Assembly (NCBI GenBank): GCA_037445755.1
Contig: JBBIJW010000023.1
Coordinates: 22,351-86,350 of the forward strand
Source: Planctomycetaceae bacterium
Lineage (GTDB): Bacteria; Planctomycetota; Planctomycetia; Planctomycetales; Planctomycetaceae
Length of the DNA stretch: 64,000 nt
Reading direction: 5' to 3'
The notes under the pieces are model-generated. The model saw only the letters and a program-made list of their open reading frames with translations, ran no database searches and was not told where the DNA came from. Below are positions 20,092 to 30,218 of this stretch, one piece after another; position 1 is the stretch's first letter, and the number at the start of each line of letters is the position of its first letter. The translations under genes and the position numbers were made by a program.

Positions 20092-22848
20092 GTGTCCGAC
20101 GTCAAACTGACCCCGATGATGCAGCGGTACCTGGAGGTCAAAGCAGAGACCCCCGGGACCTTGCTGCTGTTCCGCATGGGGGACTTTTATGAGCTGTTCT
20201 ATGAGGACGCCGAAACGGCCGCCCAGGTCCTCGGGCTGACGCTCACCAGCCGCGACAAAGGTTCCACCAATCCCGTCCCCATGGCGGGTTTCCCCTACCA
20301 TGCCCTGGAAGGGTATCTCAAAAAACTCATCCAGGCCGGCTACCGCGCCGCCATCTGCGATCAGGTCGAGGATCCCAAGACCGCCAAGGGGATGGTCCGC
20401 CGCGAAGTGACGCGGATTGTGACTCCCGGCACGCTCACCGACGAGACCCTGCTGGACCCCAAGGAAAGCAACTACATTGCCGCGCTCTCTCCCGGCAACG
20501 AAGCTCTGGGACTGGCGTGGCTGGAACTCTCTACGGGCCAGTTTCAGTGTCTCACCGTCCCGGCGCGGGATGCTCCTGGCCGCACGCATTCCTCTCCGGC
20601 CGGTGCATCGTCGCGGCGGACGGCGCGGGTGGACCCCGTGGCACTGGTGCTGGAAGAACTGGCTCGCCTGCGGCCGGCGGAGTGCCTGGTCCCCGAAAAC
20701 GCCCGCACGTCTCCCGCCGCAGTGCGTCTGGCCGAACTCGACGGACTGACCCTCACCGAGCGCGCCCCGTGGTGCTTTGCGCCGCATCAGGCGCGGGAAG
20801 TCCTCCTCAAACACTTCGAGACCCGCACTTTGGAGGGCTTTGACCTCGGCGCAGACGACGACGCCGGCGTCATTGCCGCGGGAGCGCTCCTCGAATACGT
20901 GCAGGAGACGCAGCGCTCGTCGCTGATGCACATCCTCAAGTTGGAGCCGTATCGCCGCGGCTCCACCATGCTCATCGACGAGGCCACTCGCCGCAGCCTC
21001 GAACTGACCCGCACCCAGCGCGAGGGGACCCGGGCCGGTTCGCTGCTCGACGTGCTAGACGAGACGGTCACGCCGATGGGGGCGCGGCTGCTGGCCGATT
21101 GGCTCGCCAGTCCGCTCACCGATCCGGTCGCCATCAACCGGCGGCTCGATGCCGTCGAGGAACTGACTCGCGACCCGCTCTTGTGCCGCGATCTCCGGGA
21201 ACAGCTCGCGCGGTCCTACGATCTGGAGCGCCTCTCCGCGCGGGTGGCGACGCAGCGGGCCACGCCGCGGGACCTGGCTGCTCTGGCCCAGTCGCTGGCC
21301 CTGCTGCCCAAGCTCAAGGCCCGGCTGGCCGGCCGCTCCAGCGATCTGCTCAGGACGCTGGAGGTCCGCCTCGACCTGTGTCCGGAACTCCGGGCCGACA
21401 TCGAGTCCACCCTGGTCGACGATCCGCCCCTCGTCGTCACCGAGGGAAACCTCATCCGCTCCGGCGTTCACCCTCAACTGGATGAACTGCGCGAACTGGC
21501 CCGCGGCGGCAAGCAGTGGATCGCCCGCTATCAGGCCCGCGAGATCGAGCGGACCGGCATCCAGTCGCTCAAGGTCGGCTTCAACAAGGTCTTCGGGTAC
21601 TACCTGGAAGTGACGGCCGCGAACAGGGACAAGGTTCCTCCCGACTACATGCGCAAGCAGACGCTCAAGAACCAGGAGCGGTTCATCACCCCGGAACTCA
21701 AGGAGTACGAAGACAAAGTGCTGCGGGCGGAGGAACGGGCGATCGCGCTGGAGCAGGAGCTGTTCACCGCCCTGCGGGAGCGCGTCAGCCGCGAGTGCCG
21801 CCGCCTGCAGGAAACCGCCCAGGTGCTCGCGCAGCTCGACGTGCTGGCAAACCTCGCTCAGCTCGCGGTGCAGCGACGCTATTGCCGTCCGTCGATCACC
21901 ACCGAACCGATCCTGCAGATTCGCGAGGGCCGACACCCCGTGCTCGACAAGCTCCGTCCCGGCGGCGAGTTCGTGCCGAACGACGTCCTGCTGGGGGAGC
22001 CGTTGCGTGCGGAGCGTTCCTCCTCCAGCGAGACTGCGGACGCCGCCGCACACACGGACCCCGCTCCTCTCCACGCTCCACCTACCACCATCATCCTGCT
22101 CACCGGCCCCAACATGGCCGGCAAGAGCACCTACATCCGTCAGGCGGCCCTGCTGACGATCATGGCCCAGATGGGGTCGTTCCTCCCCGCCTCAGAAGCG
22201 GTCATCGGCGTCGCCGATCGGGTCTTCGCCCGCGTCGGCGCCAGCGACGAGCTGAGCAAGGGGCAGTCGACGTTCATGGTCGAAATGACGGAGACCGCCC
22301 GCATCCTCAACACCGCCACCGAGCGGAGCCTGGTGATCCTGGACGAGATCGGCCGGGGTACCAGCACCTACGACGGCATCTCCCTGGCCTGGGCCATCAC
22401 CGAGTTCCTGCACGACGAGATTCGCTGCCGCACCCTCTTCGCCACCCATTACCACGAACTGACCGAACTTCCCCAGACGCTCCCCCGCTGCCGCAACTGG
22501 AACGTCGCCGTGCATGAGACGGGGGATGACGTGATCTTTCTGCACAAGATCGTGCCTGGCGCGGCGGACCGGAGTTACGGCATCCACGTGGCGCGGCTGG
22601 CGGGGCTTCCCCGCGACGTCATCGAGCGGGCGGATGTGATCCTCGATCAACTGGAGGCAGACCACCACGACGCCCAGGGGAAGCCGAACATCCCCCCGCG
22701 CAAGACGCGCGCCCAGCGGCGGCAACTCCAGCTCTTTGAACCCCCACCGCACCCCGTCATCGAGGAGCTCAAAACACTCGATCTCGACCAGCTCACTCCC
22801 CTGGCGGCGTTGCAGGAACTGGCCCGCATGAAACAGCGGCTCCAGTAA
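20092..22848 (+). CDS. mutS: DNA mismatch repair protein MutS
   Basis: [12 protein letters not shown]-terminus, Walker [14 protein letters not shown], and a full-length MutS layout. The start is uncertain: GTG 20092 is preferred and TTG 20029 is possible. Confidence 0.92.
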   Translation: MSDVKLTPMMQRYLEVKAETPGTLLLFRMGDFYELFYEDAETAAQVLGLTLTSRDKGSTNPVPMAGFPYHALEGYLKKLIQAGYRAAICDQVEDPKTAKGMVRREVTRIVTPGTLTDETLLDPKESNYIAALSPGNEALGLAWLELSTGQFQCLTVPARDAPGRTHSSPAGASSRRTARVDPVALVLEELARLRPAECLVPENARTSPAAVRLAELDGLTLTERAPWCFAPHQAREVLLKHFETRTLEGFDLGADDDAGVIAAGALLEYVQETQRSSLMHILKLEPYRRGSTMLIDEATRRSLELTRTQREGTRAGSLLDVLDETVTPMGARLLADWLASPLTDPVAINRRLDAVEELTRDPLLCRDLREQLARSYDLERLSARVATQRATPRDLAALAQSLALLPKLKARLAGRSSDLLRTLEVRLDLCPELRADIESTLVDDPPLVVTEGNLIRSGVHPQLDELRELARGGKQWIARYQAREIERTGIQSLKVGFNKVFGYYLEVTAANRDKVPPDYMRKQTLKNQERFITPELKEYEDKVLRAEERAIALEQELFTALRERVSRECRRLQETAQVLAQLDVLANLAQLAVQRRYCRPSITTEPILQIREGRHPVLDKLRPGGEFVPNDVLLGEPLRAERSSSSETADAAAHTDPAPLHAPPTTIILLTGPNMAGKSTYIRQAALLTIMAQMGSFLPASEAVIGVADRVFARVGASDELSKGQSTFMVEMTETARILNTATERSLVILDEIGRGTSTYDGISLAWAITEFLHDEIRCRTLFATHYHELTELPQTLPRCRNWNVAVHETGDDVIFLHKIVPGAADRSYGIHVARLAGLPRDVIERADVILDQLEADHHDAQGKPNIPPRKTRAQRRQLQLFEPPPHPVIEELKTLDLDQLTPLAALQELARMKQRLQ

Positions 22849-22913
22849 CGTCGGTAACAGGAGGCGCGCCTCGGAAGCGGGAATCCCCGGGGAGCATTCA
22901 GCCGCGACGCCGC

Positions 22914-23309
22914 TTACATCCCGGGCGGGGCGTGTTGCAGGGCGATCGCCGTGGCGGTGGCATAGGCGCGGCAGTGGGAGATCGTCACGAGGACCTGATC
23001 GATCCCCAGCCGGCGCGCCGCCTCCTTCGCCCCGCCGTGCAGCTCAATGAACGGCTGACCGCTGCGGCGGGTGCAGACCTCAATGTCCTTGAAGCCGACC
23101 CCTTTCGAGAAGCCGGTTCCCAGAGCCTTCATCACCGCTTCCTTGGCGGCCCAGCGGCCGGCGTAGTTCTGAATCGCCCCCTTGTGCCGCTGGCAATAGC
23201 GAATCTCCTGCTCCGTGTAGACCCGTTGCAGGAACATCTCGCCGTGCCGTTCGATCATCTCGCCGATGCGAACGACTTCGATGATGTCGGTACCGAGGCC
23301 GAGGATCAC
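22914..23309 (-). CDS. acpS: holo-[acyl-carrier-protein] synthase
   Basis: (V/M)ILGLGTDIIEV start typical of AcpS, and WAAKEAVMKALGTG. GTG 23309 is preferred; the ORF extends to GTG 23363. Confidence 0.85.
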   Translation of the reverse strand: MILGLGTDIIEVVRIGEMIERHGEMFLQRVYTEQEIRYCQRHKGAIQNYAGRWAAKEAVMKALGTGFSKGVGFKDIEVCTRRSGQPFIELHGGAKEAARRLGIDQVLVTISHCRAYATATAIALQHAPPGM

Positions 23310-23466
23310 AAGCGGGGGACCTTGTACGAAGCGGCGACGAGCGGTCAGCCCGCCGGCGGGCACACCCCGCCGTCCTCGCGCGGGTCGCCGGTTGCATCGC
23401 CGTGGATGCGGTTGCTACACAGGGGCAGACCACCTCTCACCCTCGATTTGAACGGGAATCGTCCCC

Positions 23467-23919
23467 ATGCTCAAGCACACGCTCCTGCATCCTGAGATCA
23501 ACCGCATCCTCGGCCGGGCAGGACACCATTCCCAGGTCCTGATCGCCGACGGCAACTACCCGGCCTACAACACGCTCGGTCCCCACGCGGAACTGGTCTG
23601 CCTGAATCTGGCTCCCGGCATTGTCACGTGCTGTCAGGTGCTGGAGGCGCTGCTCACCGCCGTCCCGGTGGAGGCAGCAAACACGATGGGCATTCCGGCG
23701 GACGACCCCGACGCGCTCCAGGGGGACCCGCCCGTGTGGGCGGAGTACCGGCGAATTCTTCAGGCCGCCGGCTGCCCGGTGGAGCTGCAGCCGATTCCCA
23801 AGTGGGAGTTCTACGACGCCGTCGCCAGCCGCAATCACGTGCTGACGATCCAGACTGGCGATCAGGCGTTGTGGGCCAACCTGCTGCTGACGATCGGGGT
23901 GCGTCGTCCCGGCGAATAA
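23467..23919 (+). CDS. RbsD/FucU family sugar mutarotase/pyranase
   Basis: MLKHTLLHPEINRILGRAGHHSQVLIADGNYP matches the RbsD/FucU family pattern, and the 150-aa size fits. Confidence 0.75.
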   Translation: MLKHTLLHPEINRILGRAGHHSQVLIADGNYPAYNTLGPHAELVCLNLAPGIVTCCQVLEALLTAVPVEAANTMGIPADDPDALQGDPPVWAEYRRILQAAGCPVELQPIPKWEFYDAVASRNHVLTIQTGDQALWANLLLTIGVRRPGE

Positions 23920-23946
23920 TGGCCGTTCGCCTGCCACTCCGGCCGC

Positions 23947-26013
23947 TCAGGCGCCGGGGAGGGGGATCGGCTGTTGCAGCAGCGGAACCGTGTTCTCGGC
24001 CGATGGAGAGGCGACGGACGCGGCAGCCTCGGGACCGGCCGACATCGCATCCGTCGGCGAGACGGTGGCTGTCGAGCGTCGCCCGCTCCGTTCAAAGCCC
24101 TTGGGCTTCCGGTCAGGTACGGCAGTCAAGGCAGCGTTGGCGTCCGGCGCCGTCTGAGCCGTGGTCCGGCGCGGCGCGGGCTTGCCGGCTTCCGCGTTGA
24201 CCCAGTCGCGCATCGCCGCCGCCAGTTCGAGCTTTCCCGCCGGCAGTTCCTTGCCGATCAGATGCAGGTCCTCCACCTGCAACCGGCCGCGCTCATTCAC
24301 CAGCCGGACCATCATGCCCCGCTCGGGCGTTCCCAGCGTGACCAGCACATCGTGGCCGAGTTCTTCGATCCGCGGCATGGTTCCCGGCAGAAAGCGGTCC
24401 ATGTCGACGGCGATCTCCGGAACCCGATCAGTACGCGACCAGATGATGCGCCGCAGGCCTTCGGAAGAATTGCGGGCGAGCAGCTCCACATTCCGTTGCT
24501 TCCACGCCCAGGCAAAATTGTGCACGGGGACCAGTACGCTGAACGTCGTCTTCAGCGAGCCGGAGCGATTATTCGCGGGGAACCGGACGTCATCGACTTG
24601 CGGACGTCCGCTGGTGGAGTGCAGCACGTAGGTCAGGGCGCGGGTCCCCTGGGTCACTGTGATTTCCGTCACCGGACCCTGGAAGATGGTCGTCACGATG
24701 CGTGGGGGAGCGCCGGGGATGCCGTCCCAGGGAAAGCCTTCGATCACCTCCGGGGACGCGAGGCGCTCCCATACCCGTTCATTCAAGTCGCGCGTCGAGA
24801 GTTGCGACAGCAGGGACACGTCCCGGGCCGCGAGGGCCTCGGCATAGACCTCCACTACCGCCTGAGCCGTGAACAGCACGGAGAGCGGCTTGATCTGCGC
24901 GCCGCCCCGCTCATAGATGGTCAGTTCCTCCACGCGGCAGGGAGAGGCCGGAGCCGGGGACGACCGCAGGCGCGGCTCCTGCTCCCGCTCGCGGGTCATG
25001 GTGACGAGATACGTGTCCTCCCCGACATCGAACAGCAGATCGATGCGGTGGTCGTGCTCCTCGAGTTCAAACCGCGTCGCCAGCAGGCGGGGGATCGGCA
25101 AGGGAACCGTGTCAAAGTCCGCGGCCTGGAGCGCCTGCTCATAAAACGTGGGCGAGGCCACCTGCCGCAGCGCCTCACGGTCCCGCGCTTCATAGGCGCG
25201 CAGGAACTCCGTCGCCTGTCGCACGCACCGCGCCACGTGCGCGGCCGACTCCGGAGGCCGACCACGCGTCGAATGCAGGACCGCATCCTGAATCACCCAC
25301 CGGGGGGCAGGGTCCGACAGCCGCACCAGTTCCAGCACCAATTGTCCCGACTGCCGCGGAAGCTGCACCGTCGCCCGGTTGGTCTGAATGCGCGCCTCCG
25401 GGCGGAACGTCTCCAGCTTGATCCCCGACAGAAACCGGTCCGTCACCTGGGCCAGGTGCACCGGAGAAAGCTCCTCCAGCGGCGACCGCAGGTCCGGATG
25501 CAGCCGCGCCAACGTCTCCTCGCGGCTCCCTTCGCTCCAGAATTTGAGAAACTCCTGCACGGTGATCAGCAAGTCCATCTGCTCCGTCACCGACTTGGTG
25601 AGCGGCGGTTGATCGCCCGGGCGGGCTTGGGTGAGGATCACGTCGTCCACGACCCATTTGCGGCCTCGCCGTTCGCCGTCCGGCGCTTCGCGCTTCAGCC
25701 GATACTGCACGGTGCGGGGTGGTTCGCCCACTTCCACCGTCACCAGCCGCTCGTCTGGACCGAGTTCCTGGATCTCCTTGACCGTCCCTTCCTCACGGGG
25801 GAGGGGGAGCACCGCCAGCGAATCCAGCGCCTCTGCCACGCGCAGCGCCCGCTGCTGAAAGTCCGCCGACGTGGAGGCCTGCAAGTCTTCGAGCTTCCCC
25901 GCCGCCAGCCCCGCTGTGAACGACTCAATCGCCCGTGCCGTGAAGAAGGAGGTGCAACCGCTCAGCCACAGGGCCAAAAGGCAGAAACTGCCGATGGAGG
26001 CGACGCGGGACAT
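23947..26013 (-). CDS. lipoprotein with about five repeated NTF2-like modules, unknown function
   Basis: Lipobox LLALWLSGC. Recurring module starts and ends are described in the findings. Confidence 0.7.
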   Translation of the reverse strand: MSRVASIGSFCLLALWLSGCTSFFTARAIESFTAGLAAGKLEDLQASTSADFQQRALRVAEALDSLAVLPLPREEGTVKEIQELGPDERLVTVEVGEPPRTVQYRLKREAPDGERRGRKWVVDDVILTQARPGDQPPLTKSVTEQMDLLITVQEFLKFWSEGSREETLARLHPDLRSPLEELSPVHLAQVTDRFLSGIKLETFRPEARIQTNRATVQLPRQSGQLVLELVRLSDPAPRWVIQDAVLHSTRGRPPESAAHVARCVRQATEFLRAYEARDREALRQVASPTFYEQALQAADFDTVPLPIPRLLATRFELEEHDHRIDLLFDVGEDTYLVTMTREREQEPRLRSSPAPASPCRVEELTIYERGGAQIKPLSVLFTAQAVVEVYAEALAARDVSLLSQLSTRDLNERVWERLASPEVIEGFPWDGIPGAPPRIVTTIFQGPVTEITVTQGTRALTYVLHSTSGRPQVDDVRFPANNRSGSLKTTFSVLVPVHNFAWAWKQRNVELLARNSSEGLRRIIWSRTDRVPEIAVDMDRFLPGTMPRIEELGHDVLVTLGTPERGMMVRLVNERGRLQVEDLHLIGKELPAGKLELAAAMRDWVNAEAGKPAPRRTTAQTAPDANAALTAVPDRKPKGFERSGRRSTATVSPTDAMSAGPEAAASVASPSAENTVPLLQQPIPLPGA

Positions 26014-26280
26014 CAGCTTGTCCTCGAACAGATGAGGGGAACCAGCGGCCAGACCCCCAGACGTTCGCGGCAGCCAGATCGGAGGGCTGATCGCGCGAAC
26101 GAGTCTGCGGGAACCGCGATTTGTTCGGATCGGAGGGGCGAAGGAAAGACCGTCTCAAGGAGACAGGAGAGGCGGCCGGGTTCTCTCACAAGCTCCGCGG
26201 ACGGTCAAGACGCCCTGCCCGGTCCGCCGACGGCAACGGCGGATTCGCACACCTCACCAGCGATTTCTGCGGGAACCGTG

Positions 26281-26310
26281 TTGACGTTCCCGGCAACACA
26301 GACGTATATC
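26281..26310 (+). promoter_or_regulatory. candidate sigma70-type promoter for the fliO/P operon
   Basis: TTGACG (26281-26286), an 18-nt spacer, then TATATC (26305-26310), about 100 nt upstream of ATG 26408. It overlaps the inverted repeats GGGAAC..GTTCCC and GTGTTG..CAACAC. Confidence 0.3.
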
Positions 26311-26407
26311 ACGCCCCCCTGCGCCACGGAGCCGCCTCCTGCCTGCCTGGCGGCTCTCCCACTGGTGGCTCCCCCGCCCCTCCCTCGATCCCCTCCCCCG
26401 GCGCCGC

Positions 26408-28159
26408 ATGAACCTTGATTCACCCAGTCTGACCGCCGCCCCGTGGAGGGATCGATCGCGCGGTCCCGCCTGGCGACGGCGGGGCCTCATTCCTCCCGTG
26501 CTGGCGTCGCTGGGGCTCTTGTGGTGCTCCGTCGCACTCGTCGCCGCCGAACCTCACACCCCCGTTGCGCACGCCGGCCCGGCCGTTCAACAGTCCCGGG
26601 TGGATCAGCCGTTCCTGTTCGGCTCGCTCGAGAAAAAAACGCCCATCGACCGCAACCCGGGCGACCCGCTCAAACCGCGCACGGCCGCTCCCGGAACCTC
26701 GCTGGGTGGAACCCTGGTCATTCTGGGAGGGGTGGTGCTGCTCATCCTGGCGGGAGGCTGGGCGGTTGGCCGCCGCACTCCGCAACGGCACGGCGGGCTC
26801 TCTGCCGCCGTGCAATGCTGGGGGACTCAACCCCTGACACCGCAACTGGCCATCCATCTGGTGCAGGTAGGGGAACGACTGCTGGTCCTCGGTTCGGGGT
26901 CGGACGGACTTCGCACTCTCGCGGAGATCACCGACCCAGGCGAGGCGGCCCATCTGCTGCACCTCTGCCGGGCGGAGTCCCCCCCCTGCCCCACCTTCGG
27001 AAACGTGTGGGATTGGCTGTGGGGACGCCGCCGCGGCGATGAAACCGCAAGCTCAGCGGCACACTCGAACCGAGTGCCGCGTTCGTCTGCACGCGGATCG
27101 GCGTCGTCGCGGGAGCAGTCGCACGCCTCGGCAGCGACGGCTCCTCGACCAGCCGCCTCCCGGACCCTTCACACGGCCGGAATCGTGCTGGCACTCGTCC
27201 TGTCGGGTTCTTCCCTGGTCGCACAGGAGCCAGGGCGAGGCGTGATCGGACTTGGGGCGACGCCTTTCTCCCCCCTCGAAGAGAACCCGCGCTCGGTTCC
27301 CTTGCCCGTAGCCGGGGCGGTTGCGCCTCGTCCCGCAGGGACGCCATGGGAAGCAGATGCTCTCGAACGTTCACCCCACGCCGCCAGTTCCCCGCTCCCT
27401 CCGCACGCCGGACACCCCCTCCCCGCAGCCACCCCGGAAACGCCGGCGACGTCGCGTGCAGCGGAAGTTTCGGCGTGGCTTCCGCCGGGCGGATGGGGGG
27501 GGATGCTGCAATGGGGGCTGCTCATCGGCGTGGTCAGTCTCGCCCCCGCCATTCTGCTGATGACGACCTGCTACGTCCGGATCATTGTGGTGCTGGGCCT
27601 GCTGCGGCAGGGGTTGGGCGTGTCGCAATTTCCGCCGACCCAGGTGCTGACGGCGCTGGCGCTGTTTCTGACGGCTCTGGTCATGTGGCCGGTGTGGAGC
27701 CAAGCCTACTCTGAAGGCATCGCCCCTTATGCGCGGGCGGCGACGGCGGATGAAGCTGCACTCCCAGCCGCGCTCACTGCCACGTTGCAGCCGGTCCGCG
27801 GCTTCATGAGCCGGCAGATCGAAGCGACCGGCAACACGGCCGCACTCGATTTGTTTCTGGAGTATCAATCAGGTACTGCGACGGCAGCCCCCGCCTACTA
27901 CGAAGACGTCCCGATCCAGGTGCTGTTGCCGGCCTATGTCCTGAGCGAGCTGAGGACTGCCTTCCTGATCGGGTTTCAGATTTATCTGCCGTTTTTGGTG
28001 ATCGACCTGGTGACATCCAGCGTTCTGGCGGCTGTCGGTCTGCAACTCCTCTCTCCGGGGGTTGTGGCGCTCCCCTTCAAATTGCTGTTGTTCGTCCTGG
28101 TGGATGGTTGGCATCTGACGGTGGAACTGTTGTTGCGGAGCATTGCTCCCGCCGTTTGA
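26408..28159 (+). CDS. fliP: flagellar export-gate protein FliP with N-terminal FliO-like region (fusion)
   Basis: The C-terminal approx 240 aa is FliP (LLMTTCYVRIIVVLGLLRQGLG ... FQIYLPFLVIDLVTSSVL ... LPFKLLLFVLVDGW). The N-terminal part has a TM helix plus a FliO-like AIHLVQVGERLLVLGSGSDGLRTLAEI. There is no in-frame stop between the two parts. Confidence 0.8.
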   Translation: MNLDSPSLTAAPWRDRSRGPAWRRRGLIPPVLASLGLLWCSVALVAAEPHTPVAHAGPAVQQSRVDQPFLFGSLEKKTPIDRNPGDPLKPRTAAPGTSLGGTLVILGGVVLLILAGGWAVGRRTPQRHGGLSAAVQCWGTQPLTPQLAIHLVQVGERLLVLGSGSDGLRTLAEITDPGEAAHLLHLCRAESPPCPTFGNVWDWLWGRRRGDETASSAAHSNRVPRSSARGSASSREQSHASAATAPRPAASRTLHTAGIVLALVLSGSSLVAQEPGRGVIGLGATPFSPLEENPRSVPLPVAGAVAPRPAGTPWEADALERSPHAASSPLPPHAGHPLPAATPETPATSRAAEVSAWLPPGGWGGMLQWGLLIGVVSLAPAILLMTTCYVRIIVVLGLLRQGLGVSQFPPTQVLTALALFLTALVMWPVWSQAYSEGIAPYARAATADEAALPAALTATLQPVRGFMSRQIEATGNTAALDLFLEYQSGTATAAPAYYEDVPIQVLLPAYVLSELRTAFLIGFQIYLPFLVIDLVTSSVLAAVGLQLLSPGVVALPFKLLLFVLVDGWHLTVELLLRSIAPAV

Positions 28160-28212
28160 AGCGGTGCTCACCCCCCCGTTCGGTCGCGTCCACGACTTCC
28201 CTAACGTTGACC

Positions 28213-28479
28213 ATGACTGCCGATTACGCCGTTGATCTCGTGCGTCATGCGGTCCTCACAGCAGTGCTGGTGGCCGCGCCGGTGTTGGCGGCAGTGTTCG
28301 CCGCCAGCGTGCTGATCGCATTAGTGCAGACCATGACCAACCTTCACGATCCAACCGTATCGTTGACGCCACGGTTGTTCGTGGGGGGGCTGTGCGTCGT
28401 CTGTCTGCTCGCCTGGATGTTGGAACGGCTGACGGACTTCACCACGGAACTCTATCGCGGATCAACCTGGGGGCTTTAG
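28213..28479 (+). CDS. fliQ: flagellar export-gate protein FliQ
   Basis: ATG 28213. An 88-aa two-TM protein, MTADYAVDLVRHAVLTAVLVAAPVLAAVFAASVLIALVQTMT, matching the FliQ/SctS pattern. Confidence 0.85.
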   Translation: MTADYAVDLVRHAVLTAVLVAAPVLAAVFAASVLIALVQTMTNLHDPTVSLTPRLFVGGLCVVCLLAWMLERLTDFTTELYRGSTWGL

Positions 28480-28563
28480 AGCGGATGACAACACGGACGA
28501 GCCGCCGACGTCGTTGCGGCGACGGCGCGCCCGTCCGGGGAGCTGACAGCCCGGCTCACCCTG

Positions 28564-29427
28564 GTGATGCCGGCTGATGCTCGCAGCGGCGAGGTCTGTA
28601 TGTTCATGGCCGATTCAGTTCTCCCCCACCCTCTGCTGCTCCTGACGGCCGACGCCCTGTGGCCGGTCTGGCTGATGACGATCCGTTGCTACGGGCTCTT
28701 GACGGTCGCGCCGATCCTCGGTGGCGCGGTGGTGCCTCATCGGCTCCGATTGGGACTGGCGGTCGTGCTGGGAGTGGCGGCCGGAATGACGGCCTCTCCT
28801 CCTGCCCAACCCACGCCGCTCCTCTGGCCCGAGCCGCTATGGCTGTCCCTGGGAGAGTTCGCCCTGGGCGCCGCGCTGGGGCTGGGGGTCATGATCGTGC
28901 TGGCGGGACTCAACGTGGCGGCCAGTCTGCTGGAACATCAGTGGGGCCTCCCCAGCACAGGCAACTCTTTCGGTGCAGAGACGGCCCCCCGCCCCCCCCT
29001 GGTTCATGTGTTGGGAGGCCTCGGCCTGGTGCTGTTTGTGACCTCCGCTCCCGTGGGAGGAGACCTGATGCTGGTTCGGTCCTGGCTCGATTCGCTGCGG
29101 ATGCTCCCCCCGGGCAGGGTGCAGGACATCGCCTCACCCGTGCAGGTTCTGCAGGACTGCGTCGCGGTATCGCTGCTGTTGGGACTCCAGGTGGCTGCAC
29201 CGGTCGTTGTCATGCTCGGGATCGCCCAGAGCACCTGGGCGATGCTGGCCAGGAACCGGGGCGGAGGGGTCTGGCAGGTCTCCCTCTCACCAATCCGGTT
29301 CCTCTTGGGAGTGGTGGTGCTGGCCGCGACGCTGACGGGGCTGAGTGAGCGGATCGCCGCTGCGCTCCAGAGCGTGTCAGCCAGCGGCCTGGGAGTGGGA
29401 ACGCCCGGGGAGGGACTGCCGCCATGA
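28564..29427 (+). CDS. fliR: flagellar export-gate protein FliR
   Basis: Polytopic membrane protein (MTIRCYGLLTVAPILG ...) placed between fliQ and flhB. The start is uncertain (GTG 28564, ATG 28567, 28600 or 28606). Confidence 0.8.
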   Translation: MMPADARSGEVCMFMADSVLPHPLLLLTADALWPVWLMTIRCYGLLTVAPILGGAVVPHRLRLGLAVVLGVAAGMTASPPAQPTPLLWPEPLWLSLGEFALGAALGLGVMIVLAGLNVAASLLEHQWGLPSTGNSFGAETAPRPPLVHVLGGLGLVLFVTSAPVGGDLMLVRSWLDSLRMLPPGRVQDIASPVQVLQDCVAVSLLLGLQVAAPVVVMLGIAQSTWAMLARNRGGGVWQVSLSPIRFLLGVVVLAATLTGLSERIAAALQSVSASGLGVGTPGEGLPP

Positions 29428-30194
29428 CCGAATTGGCTGACGAACGGACCCTTCCCCCCACGCCGAAACGCCGGGCCGAGGTCCTCGCCCGCGGCGACGT
29501 GCCGCACAGCAGCCTGCTGACATCGGCCGCCCTGCTGCTGACAGTGCTCACCTGGCTCGCCGTCTGCAGCCCCACGGGGACGGAGGAGGTGGGACGGTGG
29601 TGGCGCGACCAGTGGCAGGAGCCGCTCTCCCTCACCGGCGACGACGCGCCGGTCGAGCGACTCTCGGAAGCGCTCTGGACGTTGCTGAGCTGGACGGGCG
29701 GTCTGGGACTCCTGGGGATCGCAACGGTTCTGGGGGTGGAGTGGCTGCAACAGGGTCTTCGCATTCAGACGGCTCGCCTCTGTCCCGATGCCGCTCGACT
29801 GACCTCCGGAACCACGCGCGTGCTGGCAGGTCTGAATCCCCTGCTGTGGCTCTCCGAAGGGCTGCGCTGGACGGCGCCGACCATCGCCATGCTCGCCCTC
29901 CTGTGGACCCGCCGCGGGCGATGGACCGCACTGACGCACGCCGATCCCGTCACCTTGTTGACCGAGGGGGGGGCCTTGGGACTCGAAGTGCTCACGCGGC
30001 TGACCGCCACGATTCTGCTCCTCGCCCTTGGGCATTACGCCTGGCGACGGTGGCAGTGGGAACGGGCGTTGCGCATGACGGTTCAGGAGTACCGCGCCGA
30101 GCAAGAGCGGAACCTTGACCCGCGGAGGTGGGCAGTATCGGCCGACCGGCCGCCCGAATCGTCGTCGGAAACGCCCTCCCTCCCCGCGCAGTGA
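29424..30194 (+). CDS. flhB: FlhB, transmembrane N-domain only (C-terminal NPTH autocleavage domain absent)
   Basis: ATGA overlap with fliR. N-terminus ERTLPPTPKRRAEVLARGDVPHS, four TM helices, then MTVQEYRAEQERNLDP and a stop about 30 codons later. Confidence 0.75.
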   Translation: MTELADERTLPPTPKRRAEVLARGDVPHSSLLTSAALLLTVLTWLAVCSPTGTEEVGRWWRDQWQEPLSLTGDDAPVERLSEALWTLLSWTGGLGLLGIATVLGVEWLQQGLRIQTARLCPDAARLTSGTTRVLAGLNPLLWLSEGLRWTAPTIAMLALLWTRRGRWTALTHADPVTLLTEGGALGLEVLTRLTATILLLALGHYAWRRWQWERALRMTVQEYRAEQERNLDPRRWAVSADRPPESSSETPSLPAQ

Positions 30195-30218
30195 CGTGGT
30201 TCCTGCCTGCTGGACGCA

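Noticed and set aside
26408-30194. Interpreting the fliP/Q/R/flhB-like cluster as a non-flagellar injectisome (SctR/S/T/U).
   Set aside because: A FliO-like segment, which is flagellum-specific, is fused to the FliP homologue. No sctN, sctV, sctJ, sctC or effector genes are nearby, and planctomycete swarmer cells are flagellated. The rejection is not absolute without phylogeny.
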